DNA of 63,714 nt from Octopus bimaculoides. Its lineage: Eukaryota. A program made the translations under genes and the position numbers. The first letter of the stretch is position 1, and each line of letters starts with the position of its first letter. The stretch covers positions 185,524,066 to 185,587,779 of the forward strand of contig NC_068982.1 of NCBI RefSeq assembly GCF_001194135.2, given 5' to 3'. Shown one piece after another: positions 50,436 through 63,688 of this stretch. The notes beneath the pieces are model-generated. The model did no database searches, was not told the DNA's origin, and worked only from the letters and a program-made list of their open reading frames with translations.

Positions 50436-52278
50436 ATATGTATAGGTTTATAAAGTTAATTGCATTAAAACTCAGTACATTACAGGATAATTATTTTACT
50501 GATCATGAAAAAATGAAAGTGAAAGATGGGTTGTAGGCTTAATCCAGGTGTAATACAATTAACTACACCTTGGGTATATCTGTAACAGGGTTTGTTGTGT
50601 GGCAAGCATTAAGACCAGGATATCTCATTAATTCCCTTCCATCAGTTTTGGAACCCTGAAATGGTTTATCGGTACTGCTTTCTACTTCCTCCTTGTTATT
50701 GCCATCATTATCGTCATTGTTGTTTTCCCTTTCATCGCCAGCACCAGCACCTGTACCACTACCACCACCACAACTATCGCCACACCTTCCTCATTCTTTC
50801 CCACCTCTCCCCCACCTTCTTAAAGCCAACTTAATAATGAGAAGGAAAACAAAAATTCCCAACTGTGGGGTTTGAAATAAGCACATAGATGTACGTAAAT
50901 AATCATTAAGCCATTTAGTGCACCATTCTGTTATTTCTGTAACTGCCAACTTTTCTAAATATAATAATTATACAATTAATGTGGTATTATCTTCTATATT
51001 TAACCATGATAGCTATCATGTGAGAGGTACAAAAAGATGAGGCAATTTAGTGTTGTCTTAACAATCAATGAGTCATATTTATATATATTCTACTTTGTCA
51101 TTACACGGTATCCATGGAAGGGTACTAACTTGAAATGGCCCTATCTACTAAGCTGCAAATAGGTGACATGCAACGATATAATACATTTGCATAGACGAGT
51201 GATTGCAAACCTTTTTAGCTTGGTGTGTCAAAATTTAAAATGTCTTTAATTATCCTCATTGTCCTCATCATTATAAGCTCAGGCACAGCTGTGTGGTTCA
51301 GAAGTTGGTTTGCCAACCATATGGTTTTGGGTTCAGTCCTTCTGAACATGCACATACATTCTGCGTATATGTATGTACATGTGCATGTATGTGTATATGT
51401 ATGTGCACACACATGCATGTATGAATACATTTACGGATGCGTGTGAGCATGCATGTGTATATATGTGTATGTGTATGTATATGTATATATATATGTAAAT
51501 ATGTGTGTGTGTATATGTATGTATATGCCCATGTGTGTGTGCGTGTACATATGTCATTATATCTTCTTTCCTCCTCTCTGATTCCTAGCTATCACAGTAA
51601 ATTATACAATCACATATGTCTATTTATAGAAATTTGACATCCTTGTATTCTTCCCTCCACTTTAAATTTTACTACTAAAACTACTACTCTCTTTGATATC
51701 ACCCCATCCATACCTTTTCTCTACCCATCCCTTAATGCAGCTCTATCATATCACCCCTACTCACATATCTCACACTTATTCACTCCTTACCTTCTCATCT
51801 CTTCCTTTCCCTCCCCCACTCCTCTCCCATCCTCCCCTCATATTATCTTGACCACCAACTAACACTCCTTTTCTCATTTCTTTACCCCTTTCTTCACTTT
51901 TTTCTCTCTCTTGTTTTTCCTTCTCTTTTCTTCTCTCTCTTTATTCCTCTCATTTTCTCTTCCTGTTTTCATCTTGACCTATCTCCTCATTCTAATCATA
52001 CACATCTCTTCCCACCATCTATCCACAAATATGACCAACACATTCTCAAATTTTCATTCACACCACAAGACCCTTTCGGATGAGCAACACAAAATTCATG
52101 GTTCCATACTTTGAAATGACTAACCATGAACTACTGCTGGTCTGTTATGACTTTTTCATTGAGTTTGGTGGCTTATTTGAAGATTTTAAGTCTAATTTCT
52201 AGCAAGCTGTACCCTTTATTATAACTATTCATTAAGTATAAAATTTTATTGATTAGCCATTTAACAACATTATTGCTT

Positions 52279-52495
52279 GCCGCCACTGAGCTGGCAGAAA
52301 TGTTAGCATGCTGGGTGAAATTCTTAGTGGTATTTCATCTGTCTTTATATTGAGTTAAGATTCTGCCGAGGTCGACTTTGCCTTTCATCCTTTCGGGGTC
52401 AATAAATTGAGTACTAGTTGCGTACCGGGGTCAATCTAACCAACTCGCCCCCTCCCCTAAAATTTCGGACCTTGTGCCTAGAGTAGAAAAGAATA
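52279..52495 (+). mobile_element. Meta/MESC-like tRNA-derived SINE
   Basis: gagctggcagaaatgttagc...gccgaggtcgactttgcctttcatcctttcggggtcaataaattgagtac. Confidence 0.85.
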
Positions 52496-52689
52496 TTATC
52501 GTTACTGTTATTATTAATTATTTATTTATTTACTGCCAATGATAATAATAATAATAGTATCTATATGAATATTCATTTCAATATTTACTCATATATATAT
52601 GCAGAGTTATTCAAAAAGAATGAACTGATTTCATTACACAATATTTTAATCAAGAAAAGCAATAGAAAGCTCCAGCTAAGTCACAAGTA

Positions 52690-53760
52690 TTTACTCACAA
52701 TCAACTTTTATTTCCTGTCTTACAAGTGTTCAATGTGGCCATCACCTGCAGCACGGTCAACATCAATGCGATAAGAGGATTCCACCCAGACATGTATCAG
52801 CATATCACGATCCACTGAGTTGATCGCAGTTGTTATTCAATGTTTAAAGTCATCGAGGTTAGTGGGTAGCGGTGGAACATAAATGCAATCTTTTACATAT
52901 CCCCACAAGAAAAAAATCACACATTGTGAGGTCTGGGGATCTCACAGACAAGCACAAAGAGCAAGGTCTTGGGCCCCTTTCCAACCAATCTATCGCTGGG
53001 GCATATTTTTATTTAAAAAAGCTCGAACCATCAAGTGCCAATGGGGCGGTGCTCCATCATGTTGAAAAATGAAGTCATGCAAATCTGCTTGCAGTAAAGT
53101 GAAGAGCCAGTTTTGGACCATATCAAGATAGGTTTGTCCTGTCACAGTGTTTCCTTCAAAGAAAAAGGGACCATAAACCTTGTCCTGAGACACAACACAG
53201 ATGTTCACCTTAGGGGAATCTCTTTCATGCTCAACTGTTTTTTGTGGGTGCTCTGCTCCTCAAATACACACACTGTGTCTCTCAAATGAAAAGTCGTTTC
53301 ATCAATTCGCAAAATTCCATCCACTTCCTCTTGTCGTCATTGGTAAGTGCTTGAACGTGGCATAGTCTGCATAGTTTCAAATGTAGATGTCTTCTTAGCA
53401 CACGCCAGATAGTGGAATGAGGGATTGCAAGCTCATGGCTAGCTTGATTTGTGGACTTCTGCAGGTTCCCCTCAAACGCAGCATGGATTCTTGTCACTTG
53501 TTTCACCAAAACTTGTGGTTATCCTAGACTTTTCCTTTTACACAGACACCCACTCTCTTGAAACTGTTGAAACCACTGTTGAATGTTCTTAGGAGAGGGT
53601 GGGTTAATGCTGAGTCACCTTCAAAAAGCACGCTGCGCCATGACAACCAAATTTGTTTCCATGGACTTGAGAATGCAGAACACCTTTTGCTGAGGACTCG
53701 TCATTCTGAGTGTAAACAAACAACTGAAAGTTGCCAGATGAATGATGCGACTACAGTGCC
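52690..53760 (-). pseudogene. Decayed Tc1/mariner-superfamily (maT/rosa-like) transposase
   Basis: MTSPQQKVFC..., GPFFFEGNTVTGQTYLDM, FIFQHDGAPPHW, and a WPP/SPDL-type DFFL region. Confidence 0.8.
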
Positions 53761-54068
53761 CCTGTGACAGGCATTCAAAATTGAGAAAACTCCGCCGCCA
53801 TCCACTAACATTGATGACCTTAAACATCGAATAACAACAGTGATCAACTCAGTGGATCGAGATATGCTGATATGCATCTGGGAAGAATTCTCTTATTGCA
53901 TTGATGTTGCCCGTGCAAGATTCTTGATGTGAATTCGTGTGTTGAAATAGATATTATTGTATTTGGGGATGGTCATATTGCCAGTTTAGCCAATGAAAAC
54001 ACACGCACTAAGTTTTCATTGGCTAAACTGGCAACATGACATAGTTAGATATATATATATACATACAT

Positions 54069-54136
<68 letters not shown>

Positions 54137-54191
54137 ATTTATATAATAAAGACGCACATAGATAAAGAAGATATCCATACACTCATATATA

Positions 54192-55089
54192 CAGGGTGTC
54201 CTAAAATTAAGGCAAGTGACATTTTTTAATTTTGTCAAAGCAAAATATTGTTATATTTTGAGTCCAAGCATTGCCATGAAATGATAAAGGGAACATAATT
54301 ATAACACTACCACATTTATTCAATACAACCACCTCAGTTTCAAATCACAGCCTTAAGTCTAGGTGTGAATGCTTCAGGCACAGCATGCAGCTGTTCTTGT
54401 GAAATCGAAGCCCATTTCTGGTGCAGTTCTGCCTTAAGAGTGTTGAGTGAAGCATGAGAAGTGCTGGAGACCCTCGGCTCCAAAATAGACCAAACAGAAA
54501 AATCCAACAGGTTGAGAGTGGGGCTTCTTGAGGGCCATATATCCTTGCCTATGAACGATAGGATGTTTTTTTCTGAATCCAGTGTTGTATCTGTTTGGAG
54601 CTGTGAGATGGTGCTGAGTCCTGTTGGAGGCTCCAAGGTGCCCCTTGAAAGTGATCATTCACCCATGGAAACAGTTCAGCTTCCAGAATGTTGCTAATGT
54701 ATCACTGGGTGTTAATTTTAACACCCAAAGGCACAAAAACGAGGGGAGACCTGCCAGTGGCTGTCACAGCTGTCCAAACCATAACTGACTGGATTTTTTT
54801 GTCAATTTACAAGTCTACCCTTGATGGAACCAGATACACCCCAATGTCAGTCATTCTGGTGGTTTACTGTCTGTTTGATGTCAAATTTATTTTCATCAGG
54901 TAGCACCAGGTTATGATTGTATTTCAGTCTATAGCCATTATCTAATTTATAAATCTGAATATAGTTCATCTGAAACAAAAAGAAGATACACTAAGCTTTT
55001 ATAATGATGTATAATTTTCATATCTTATCACATTTATTGATAGTTATTTAAGCCTGAATCTTCGGTTGCCTTAATTTCAGGACACGCTG
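54192..55089 (-). mobile_element. Internally deleted Tc1-like element with 24-bp TIRs
   Basis: TA-CAGGGTGTCCTAAAATTAAGGCAA and TTGCCTTAATTTCAGGACACGCTG (2 mismatches); ORF remnant IWPSRSPTLNLLDFSVWSILE. Confidence 0.85.
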
Positions 55090-55449
55090 TGTATATAATT
55101 ATGTCCATTTATATATATAGAATTATAGATGAAGATGACAATTATGCTACTAAGATATTTTAATGAGTCTAAGAAGTGCCCTCAAACACTTAAGTTGTTT
55201 ACGTCAAATTGGATGATAAGAGAGGCTAGCAAATCAGTGAACCTTGTTGCTAGTGAATGTAAATAAGGAAATACCTGACATAAATTACCAGTATAGAAGA
55301 GGGTAGAATTGTTAGAGTGTTGGATAAAATTCTTGCTGTCAATTTTACCTTTCATCTTACAGGGGACAAAAGCATAAAATACCAGTCAATTACCAGTCAA
55401 ATATGTGGATTTGGCCAATGTTAGAAATCATTTAAAAAATATTTACAGT

Positions 55450-55481
<32 letters not shown>

Positions 55482-55798
55482 TGGAGTCATCTACATAATT
55501 GTCATGCTGTTGCCATTACTGCTAGCTCTGTCATCATTGTTGTCATCATCATTGTCATAGTCTTCATCATTATCATCATCATTTTGCATCCACTTTACTT
55601 TGATGACATGTGTTGAAGAGATCATTAAGATCTGAGCCAGATCTAATTTGGAGTTACTGCTCAGCTAGATAGGATGGGGGCCACATTTTGCTTCTGCATG
55701 TCACTTCTGGCTTGTTTAGTAAGATGACTGTAATGAAAATTAACTTGATAAAAATGATGAGAAGACAGGAAAAACAGCTTCAATATCAAATTATTTAA

Positions 55799-56018
55799 CC
55801 ATTTAGCATTTAAACTGGATATGTGCGGCCAAAATATTCTATCTGTTTTATGTTTATACCAACCAGATCTGGTCTTTCACACCTACCCTACACTGCCACT
55901 CTAAAAATAAATAACCACATCATTGATATCTTGAAGTTAAGGGATAATGCATGATTAATTCAAAACAATGTGAATAAATTAGCATTACGTTTGACAGGGT
56001 AATTTGAATGCTAAAGGT
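55799..56018. mobile_element. TTAA-flanked MITE (piggyBac-like)
   Basis: TTAA at 55795-55798 and 56019-56022; TIRs ccatttagcatt / aatgctaaaggt. Confidence 0.8.
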
Positions 56019-56733
56019 TTAATCACTCTAACTAGAAGGATTGGTTTTATATTTCAATCTAGAATAATATTCAGTGTATAAAAATAACAATGGGGAATAT
56101 ATACAATAATTAGTGTACTGGTGTAAATGCATGCTTAACAATTCCAAATAGTATTATGATTAAATGTAAATGGCTGATAATTCAATGGTATACTGTTCAA
56201 CAAGTGCTGTTGTCTAAAGAGTGTTTTCAGAATATTACTGCCTAAGTATAGAAAGACCATAATAGTTTAAACATGCTCTTGACAAAAGAGTTCATAAACA
56301 ATTATTGTTTAATAAGAGTAGTTAATAAAACTATGTGGATAACAGAAAAAAAGTGGCAGTTTAAGGGTTTACATGTGTTTGTGTGTATGCAAATACAGAA
56401 TTAGTCATATGAAAACTTGTAAGTATAGTGTTAGATGTGATGAGAGTTTGAAATTTCACAGTTTATTGAGTTCTGCTGTATTCATCTCAGCACTGGTAAA
56501 TGGTCAGAAAATGGTTCCTTAGAGTGAGGAAAAGAGGCTTACATTGATCTTTCCGAAAAAGAATAACATGCCAGAGTTGACTGGATGAAAATAGTCAATA
56601 AAAACATGTGATACAATTTTATCTGTTGTCTACAACATTCAAGTAATAAGGTCATATGACATTAAAGAAGCATCCATTCTTGCTGAAAACAAGGCTGTAA
56701 CAATAACAACTTGTTAGATGCAAAATGGTCTTT

Positions 56734-56885
56734 AGACCGTTAGATTCACATCAACATTTAAATTTAATTTGTCAAAATATTTTCATTGCTTTGAGACTGC
56801 GACCTGTTCACTGACAAAATTCTGTGCTGCACAGAGTTAAATATATGAAAATTAAATTTAAATGTTGAAGTGAATCTAACGGTCT
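56734..56885. mobile_element. 152-bp foldback MITE with 37-bp TIRs
   Basis: agaccgttagattcacatcaacatttaaatttaattt versus aaattaaatttaaatgttgaagtgaatctaacggtct (1 mismatch). Confidence 0.8.
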
Positions 56886-57163
56886 TTGTGTGTTATTTTA
56901 AATGACTTATAAACACCTTCCACGCTGCAATTGTTTTCGTTCCAGCACACGATCTCAGATCAGGTCACTTGCTATGCAAGTGCATCTCCTTATATATACA
57001 TACAAATATATAAAAACACTGCACTCATTATTATATTAGGAAATATTACTGCCCTTGTAGTGAGTAAAGATATACAAGTATTGTTTGAATCACATGTGGT
57101 TGGGACTTACATTCTTGGATGGAACTGTCTGCTAGTTCCATCAAAATTGGACAAGCTTATTTA

Positions 57164-59213
57164 CCAGGTCGAGTCAAAAAGGATTTTGTATTTTCGCTGA
57201 TGATTTTTTGCAACCTCTATGTTATAACATTAATTTGATACAACATGTCTGATCATTGCTGAATTGTTTATTTATTTCCTCATATAAAATATCATCATCA
57301 TCATCATCGTCGTTTAACGTCCGCTTTCCATGCTAGCATGGGCTGGACGGTTTGACTGAGGACTGGTGAAACCAGATGGCTACACCAGGCTTCAATCTGA
57401 TTTGGCAGAGTTTCTACAGCTGGATGCCCTTCCTAACGCCAACCACTCAGAGAGTGTAGTGGGTGTTTTTACGTGCCACCGGCAAGAAGGCCAGTCAGAC
57501 GGTACTGGCAACGGCCATGCTGAAAATGGTGTATTTTATGTGCCACCCACACAAGAGCCAGTCCAGGGGCACTGGCAACGATCTCACTCGAAAGTCCTTA
57601 CACATGCTGCGGGCACANNNNNNNNNNNNNNNNNNNNNNNNNNNNNNNNNNNNNNNNNNNNNNNNNNNNNNNNNNNNNNNNNNNNNNNNNNNNNNNNNNN
57701 NNNNNNNNNNNNNNNNNNNNNNNNNNNNNNNNNNNNNNNNNNNNNNNNNNNNNNNNNNNNNNNNNNNNNNNNNNNNNNNNNNNNNNNNNNNNNNNNNNNN
57801 NNNNNNNNNNNNNNNNNNNNNNNNNNNNNNNNNNNNNNNNNNNNNNNNNNNNNNNAAAATATCATCATCATCATCATCGTCGTTTAACGTCCGCTTTCCA
57901 TGCTAGCATGGGCTGGACGGTTTGACTGAGGACTGGTGAAACCAGATGGCTACACCAGGCTTCAATCTGATTTGGCAGAGTTTCTACAGCTGGATGCCCT
58001 TCCTAACGCCAATCACTCAGAGAGTGTAGTGGGTGTTTTTACGTACCACCGGCACGAAGGCCAGTCAGGCGGTACTGGCAACAGCCACGCTGAAAATGGT
58101 GTATTTTATGTGCCACCCGCACAAGATAACACTATTTATTCTTTATTTTACAGCTTTGATAATGAGTAGTAAAAATTTTGCAATTAAAGTCATTTTATGC
58201 TACCTGTGGAAAAAAAGGACTGAGTGCAAGGGCAGTGGCAAAGGAAATTAATGATGTGGGAGGCCCTATCAATGAATGTGTGCCACAAAACTTGTTCAGA
58301 CATTTCAAGGAAGGTGACACCAGCCTCAAAGACAAACTAAGGTCAGGGAAACCTGTTGTGGAAGATCAGCTTTGGTTGAAGTGGTTGAACAGCAACCAAA
58401 TACAAGCACTTGTACACAGTTGGTAGAACTTAGTCCTTCAAAAAGAACTATCAATCGATACCTCTATAAGTTTGACTTTGTGAACAGATGCTGTTGAGAA
58501 GTTCCTCATGAAATAACCAATGATCAGGTTCAATGAACATTTGCAAACAACTGTTGGCAAATCGTTGAGATACCTGTTTTTGGTATTGAATTGTAACTAG
58601 GGATGAAAAATGGATCTATTTTTGTGATCCTAATGAGAGAAATCAGTGGATTTGTTCTAGCCAGGTTTCAGAATCTGTTGTCAAACAAAGATAGTTTGAA
58701 TAGAAGGCTGTTTGTTTAGTGGCATTTTGAGGGGGTGTTGCACTTTGAGCTTGTCCCAGATGGTCATGCTGTGAATGCTAACCTTTATGCTCAACATTTT
58801 GAAAGTCCACTATGTAGGACAGGTCAATCAAAGATGCACACTCCTAAAGCATGACAATACCCCAGAACACATTGAATGTGACCAAGCACAAACTTGAGAG
58901 GCTGGAAATACTGCCTCACACAACCTACAGTCCAGACTTTGCAGCATCAGATTACCACCTTTTCTGAACCACGACTCATTTCCTGCATAGAAGGAAGTTC
59001 AACAATGTAGATAAAGTTGAAAATGGGTGCAGGGAATTTTTTGCTTCCATACGAGCCAAATGATATAGGCATGAAATTGAGTTTCTGGCATGACGATGGC
59101 AACAGACAATAGAATATGATGGCATATATTTTGATGAACAAATGCTTTCCATATGCAATTTGAACTATTAATTAAAGCTTGAAATATAAAAAAAGACTTT
59201 TGACTCAACCTGG
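57164..59213 (+). mobile_element. Near full-length decayed mariner (DD34D-type) interrupted by RTE tails
   Basis: TA-CCAGGTCGAGTCAAAA and TTTTGACTCAACCTGG-TA; remnants FKEGDTSLKDKLRSGKP, IVTRDEKWIY, HDN, YSPDFAASDYHLF. Confidence 0.9.
57290..58125 (-). mobile_element. Two RTE 3' tails flanking gap 57618-57856
   Basis: Both begin aaaatatcatcatc...gtttaacgtccgctttccatgctagcatgggctggacgg. Confidence 0.85.
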
Positions 59214-59479
59214 TAGTTCTAATGACACTCAAACATATCTATAGTTGCCAAAGCACAGACCCACTCCCTATTTCCATTTAGAAGTGGTTGAAGATACTTG
59301 TCCTTAGTGTCATACATTGAAACTGAACTTGAAACCACATGGCTGGGAGGCAAACCTCTTGTTTATATCTATCTATCTATCTATCTATATCTATTACTGT
59401 ATAACTGTATCAGTCAGATTATCAGATGTTATACACAGCTCTTCTTCACATTGCTGTAGCTTTCGGATGGTGCCTTACA

Positions 59480-59672
59480 GTTGGCTAGGTGGACAGGCCA
59501 ACGTTCCCTCTGAATGGAATGTCAGTTCCTCACAGGGTTACCCATTTGCATCTGAGTGGATTGGAGAAACATGAAATGAAATGTTTTGTTCAAGAACACA
59601 ATGCACCACTGGTCTGGGAATCAAAACTATGATCTTGTGATCATGAGTGCAATACACTAACGACTAGGCCAC
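59480..59672 (-). mobile_element. Degraded tRNA-derived SINE (family F-like)
   Basis: gttcaagaacacaatgcaccactggtctgggaatc...cactaacgactaggcc resembles 39050-39147. Confidence 0.6.
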
Positions 59673-61539
59673 ACTCTTTCACACACACACACAAGTACAC
59701 ACACACACACACACACACAAGTACACACACACACATTTTGACAGATTTTTTTTTCAAATAGTCAAATAATTCAAGGTTATTCTCAACAGTTTCATAGTTA
59801 TGTATTCAATTCAGTTCTCTGAAACTTTCATAACTGGAACTTAGCTCAAGAACACAATGGTAGCAACTGAAATGTTTCACCTTTGTTTTTCAAACTGTTG
59901 TTTTGTCCACTTTTAACAATAAAGCCCTATCATCAAAATGACTGTTAAAGACTCCAGTAAATTCTAAAATTATAATTATTAATGTTGTATGCTTCAATAT
60001 AATTGTATCCTTTGGATTTAATATTTGTAACAGTCTCCTGAGCTGACAATTGAATCCAGTTATAGTTGGAAAATAACTTTTGATTAGTGTTTATGTTTGT
60101 TCAAGAGAAGTTTCTGGCTGTGATTGAGATATTTGTTTTGCAAATGGTAAGCATCTTCTAATATGAATCTTGGATTAACCAACATATTGCTTATAGAATT
60201 TAGTTGGTGGAAACTGTATGGCAGCTTGTTATAGATATGATTGTTGTACATGCATTTTCTATGACTTACGTTTCATCATGATAAAGAAAAGGATTCACTT
60301 GATACTTTGATAGTTGATGGTCAAAATATCAATAGGCATGGGAAAGTCTTGTATGAATTATTAAATTATTGCGTTGAAGATTATACATCCAGTGATAGAC
60401 TTTAAAAAGTAATTGCCTGTGTCCCTTTGTTGAACTTTGGAACAAAGTTGTAATGTTTCTGAATAGTAAGTAGCTTGAAGAAGAAATTCTAGCTGCTAAA
60501 TGTAACATATTCTATCTTTCAGATACATTTGAGAAGCTAAATTTGCTGAATAAACACATATAGGGTAAAATTACAAATCTTTGCAAAGAAGCTATTTGTG
60601 TTTTCTTTGGAAAACTTAATCTGTTCAGGATAAATATTAGTGCAAGGAGTTGGTGCATTTTCCCACCTTTGCTATTATATGACATCATTCTAGTATAGTG
60701 ATATAAACTAGAATTACTTATCAGTTTCCTACACAATGATTGTTTTAAGAAGAACCTAACTCAAGATCTTATGTTAGAATAAAGAAGACTTATTCTGGGT
60801 GTATTAAAAATTAATGAAAGCATGTGATGCAGAAGTATGTACTTTCCATAGTTCTAAAAAAAAGTTGTGGATGTTAGAATCAGGAGAGCATGAAGCAAAA
60901 TACTTAACACTATTTAATTACATCTCTTCACATTTTGAGCTTAGACCCTCCTGAGGTTAGCTTAGTCTTTCGTCTTTCTGAAACTAATAGAAAATTTATA
61001 CTGAAATCAATTCAAGTGACTAGACATGAACAATGTACAATACATGTAGTCCTTTTTGAATGACTGAAGAGTGGTCCACAAACCATGAAATAGTCTTTCA
61101 GGAGACTCTTTCTTTTTTTTTCCACACATCAATAGTAGAGAAAGAATATGTTTACATCCTTAATTACCCTAGAGTGAGGTTTTGTAATATTTAAATTTAT
61201 TTCAGTTCTTCTGGTTTATGTTGGGTATAAAATGAATATGTTTAATTTATGACATGTCAAAAGTACAGATATGCAAATTAGCCTATTTACTAATTGTTAG
61301 TCTAATTTATAAACAGCTGATTCATGCTATTGATTAGATAATGAAGCTGGGTATGTCTTATCTGGGGAGCAGTGAACAAGCTAGTACATGGTTAGATTAT
61401 GTACTCCCAGATACTTCTAAAAGGATGGGATGGTCATGTCTGGAATGTCTGATCATAAGCTTGCTCATTAAACCAACATCAATACAATGATAATATTAAC
61501 AATCATAATAATATATGTTTATAATCATAGTCATTGGAT

Positions 61540-61800
61540 TAAATCTCATTGTGCATCAGTTGTGTTGTCAACGATAGCTTTGTTCCAGTTCAAGTGATAT
61601 TGGGTGGATGGAAACCTTTCAGAAGATTGCCAGTTTGACTGGATGATAAACCTACTCTGTCGATCATTTCAGTATTACCACTTGGTCTTTGGGTGTCCAC
61701 CCTTGAAAGTTAGATCAGATCTCCAGCTTGATGACAAGTTGATTGAGTTGTGTTGCTTCCCACAAGTGTAACAATCCACGAATCATGTTTTTATGTTTTC
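61540..61800 (-). pseudogene. Possible ancient RTE RT fragment
   Basis: Minus-strand HPPNITLNWNKAIVD resembles the RTE PP.ITI....L.VVD segment. Confidence 0.35.
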
Positions 61801-63297
61801 ATCCTTTATTTCTACCACAAGTTTTGGAATCCCTTACAAAAAAGTCATGAGTACACCAGCCTTCTTTCAACTATGAAAGCAAATCTGGCTTACTACAGAT
61901 GGTGTATAACACTGTCAAGTGCTTGATGTTTTATCCCTTTTTCTCCTGTAATGTAACAACAACAACATTAACATCAACACCCACAATGACAAGGAAAATG
62001 TCCATGCAATCAGGAATGACTGGAAATATAAAACAACAAAGAAAATAGAATTTGGATTTTTTAGAGTATTTTATTTCATATGTATTATAATTGTTAAAGT
62101 TATAACATTGGAAAATATTATGTTTATTTGGGTATTTGTTGAAACTTTGAGTCAGAAGTGGACGTGTATATTGCTTAATGTGTGTGTGTGTGTGTGTGTG
62201 TGAGTGTAAATGTTTAGCAGNNNNNNNNNNNNNNNNNNNNNNNNNNNNNNNNNNNNNNNNNNNNNNNNNNNNNNNNNNNNNNNNNNNNNNNNNNNNNNNN
62301 NNNNNNNNNNNNNNNNNNNNNNNNNNNNNNNNNNNNNNNNNNNNNNNNNNNNNNNNNNNNNNNNNNNNNNNNNNNNNNNNNNNNNNNNNNNNNNNNNNNN
62401 NNNNNNNNNNNNNNNNNNNNNNNNNNNNNNNNNNNNNNNNNNNNNNNNNNNNNNNNNNNNNNNNNNNNNNNNNNNNNNNNNNNNNNNNNNNNNNNNNNNN
62501 NNNNNNNNNNNNNNNNNNNNNNNNNNNNNNNNNNNNNNNNNNNNNNNNNNNNNNNNNNNNNNNNNNNNNNNNNNNNNNNNNNNNNNNNNNNNNNNNNNNN
62601 NNNNNNNNNNNNNNNNNNNNNNNNNNNNNNNNNNNNNNNNNNNNNNNNNNNNNNNNNNNNNNNNNNNNNNNNNNNNNNNNNNNNNNNNNNNNNNNNNNNN
62701 NNNNNNNNNNNNNNNNNNNNNNNNNNNNNNNNNNNNNNNNNNNNNNNNNNNNNNNNNNNNNNNNNNNNNNNNNNNNNNNNNNNNNNNNNNNNNNNNNNNN
62801 NNNNNNNNNNNNNNNNNNNNNNNNNNNNNNNNNNNNNNNNNNNNNNNNNNNNNNNNNNNNNNNNNNNNNNNNNNNNNNNNNNNNNNNNNNNNNNNNNNNN
62901 NNNNNNNNNNNNNNNNNNNNNNNNNNNNNNNNNNNNNNNNNNNNAAAAAATGCTCCCAAAATACATAAACAGAAATATGAATAAGATTCAGAATGGATAT
63001 TTTGTGTTAAATATTTTCTGCAGTTATCTTATTAAATTTATACTTATTTTTTTTTTTTTGTATCTATAAAAACTGCTCAAGGTTTTCAGAAGTTAGAAAA
63101 GCACATAATTATTTAATAAATATTGGTGTGACGTGGCACACATATAGTAGGTGAGGGTGTATAAATAATGATCACACACAGGCATAAATGTGTCCACAAA
63201 TGTGTGATAGAGTGTCTACACACACACGTGTATGCACACACACGTGTATGCACACACACGTGTATGCACACACACGTGTATGCACACACACGTGTAT

Positions 63298-63336
<39 letters not shown>

Positions 63337-63579
63337 AACAAACACAGGCACACACACACACACACAGAGTCAACAGGTGAGATGCACAGATGCTCAACAT
63401 AGAAGAGATGTAGTAGTGCTCAAATGATTTGATCATACACTCCAAAATATTTATTGCAGGCTAAATCAGCAGCGTAAAGAGTGGGTATAACAGGAATTTA
63501 GGTGAGTTGATATGGACATAAAAAAACCAAACAAACATGCCCAAGCAGGTTCTTTTGTTTATTGTAGGTATATATAAAC

Positions 63580-63612
<33 letters not shown>

Positions 63613-63643
63613 CTTTATTTAAAAGCAGCAGAAATATAACAAA

Positions 63644-63688
63644 AGACTGTTACTCTGAGTTTCACGTTCCCGTTCATTGGACAGTTTT
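63644..63688 (-). ncRNA. Minimal type I hammerhead ribozyme-like fold (core-variant copy)
   Basis: Minus strand ACTGT-CCAATGA-ACG(GGAA)CGT-GAAA-CTC-A-GAG-TA-ACAGT; stems I, II and III are all complementary. Confidence 0.7.

Noticed and set aside
57286-58125. Tandem duplication of an RTE tail across gap 57618-57856
   Set aside because: The copies share flank and diagnostic bases and straddle a gap. Uncollapsed haplotypes or an overlap are as likely as a real duplication.
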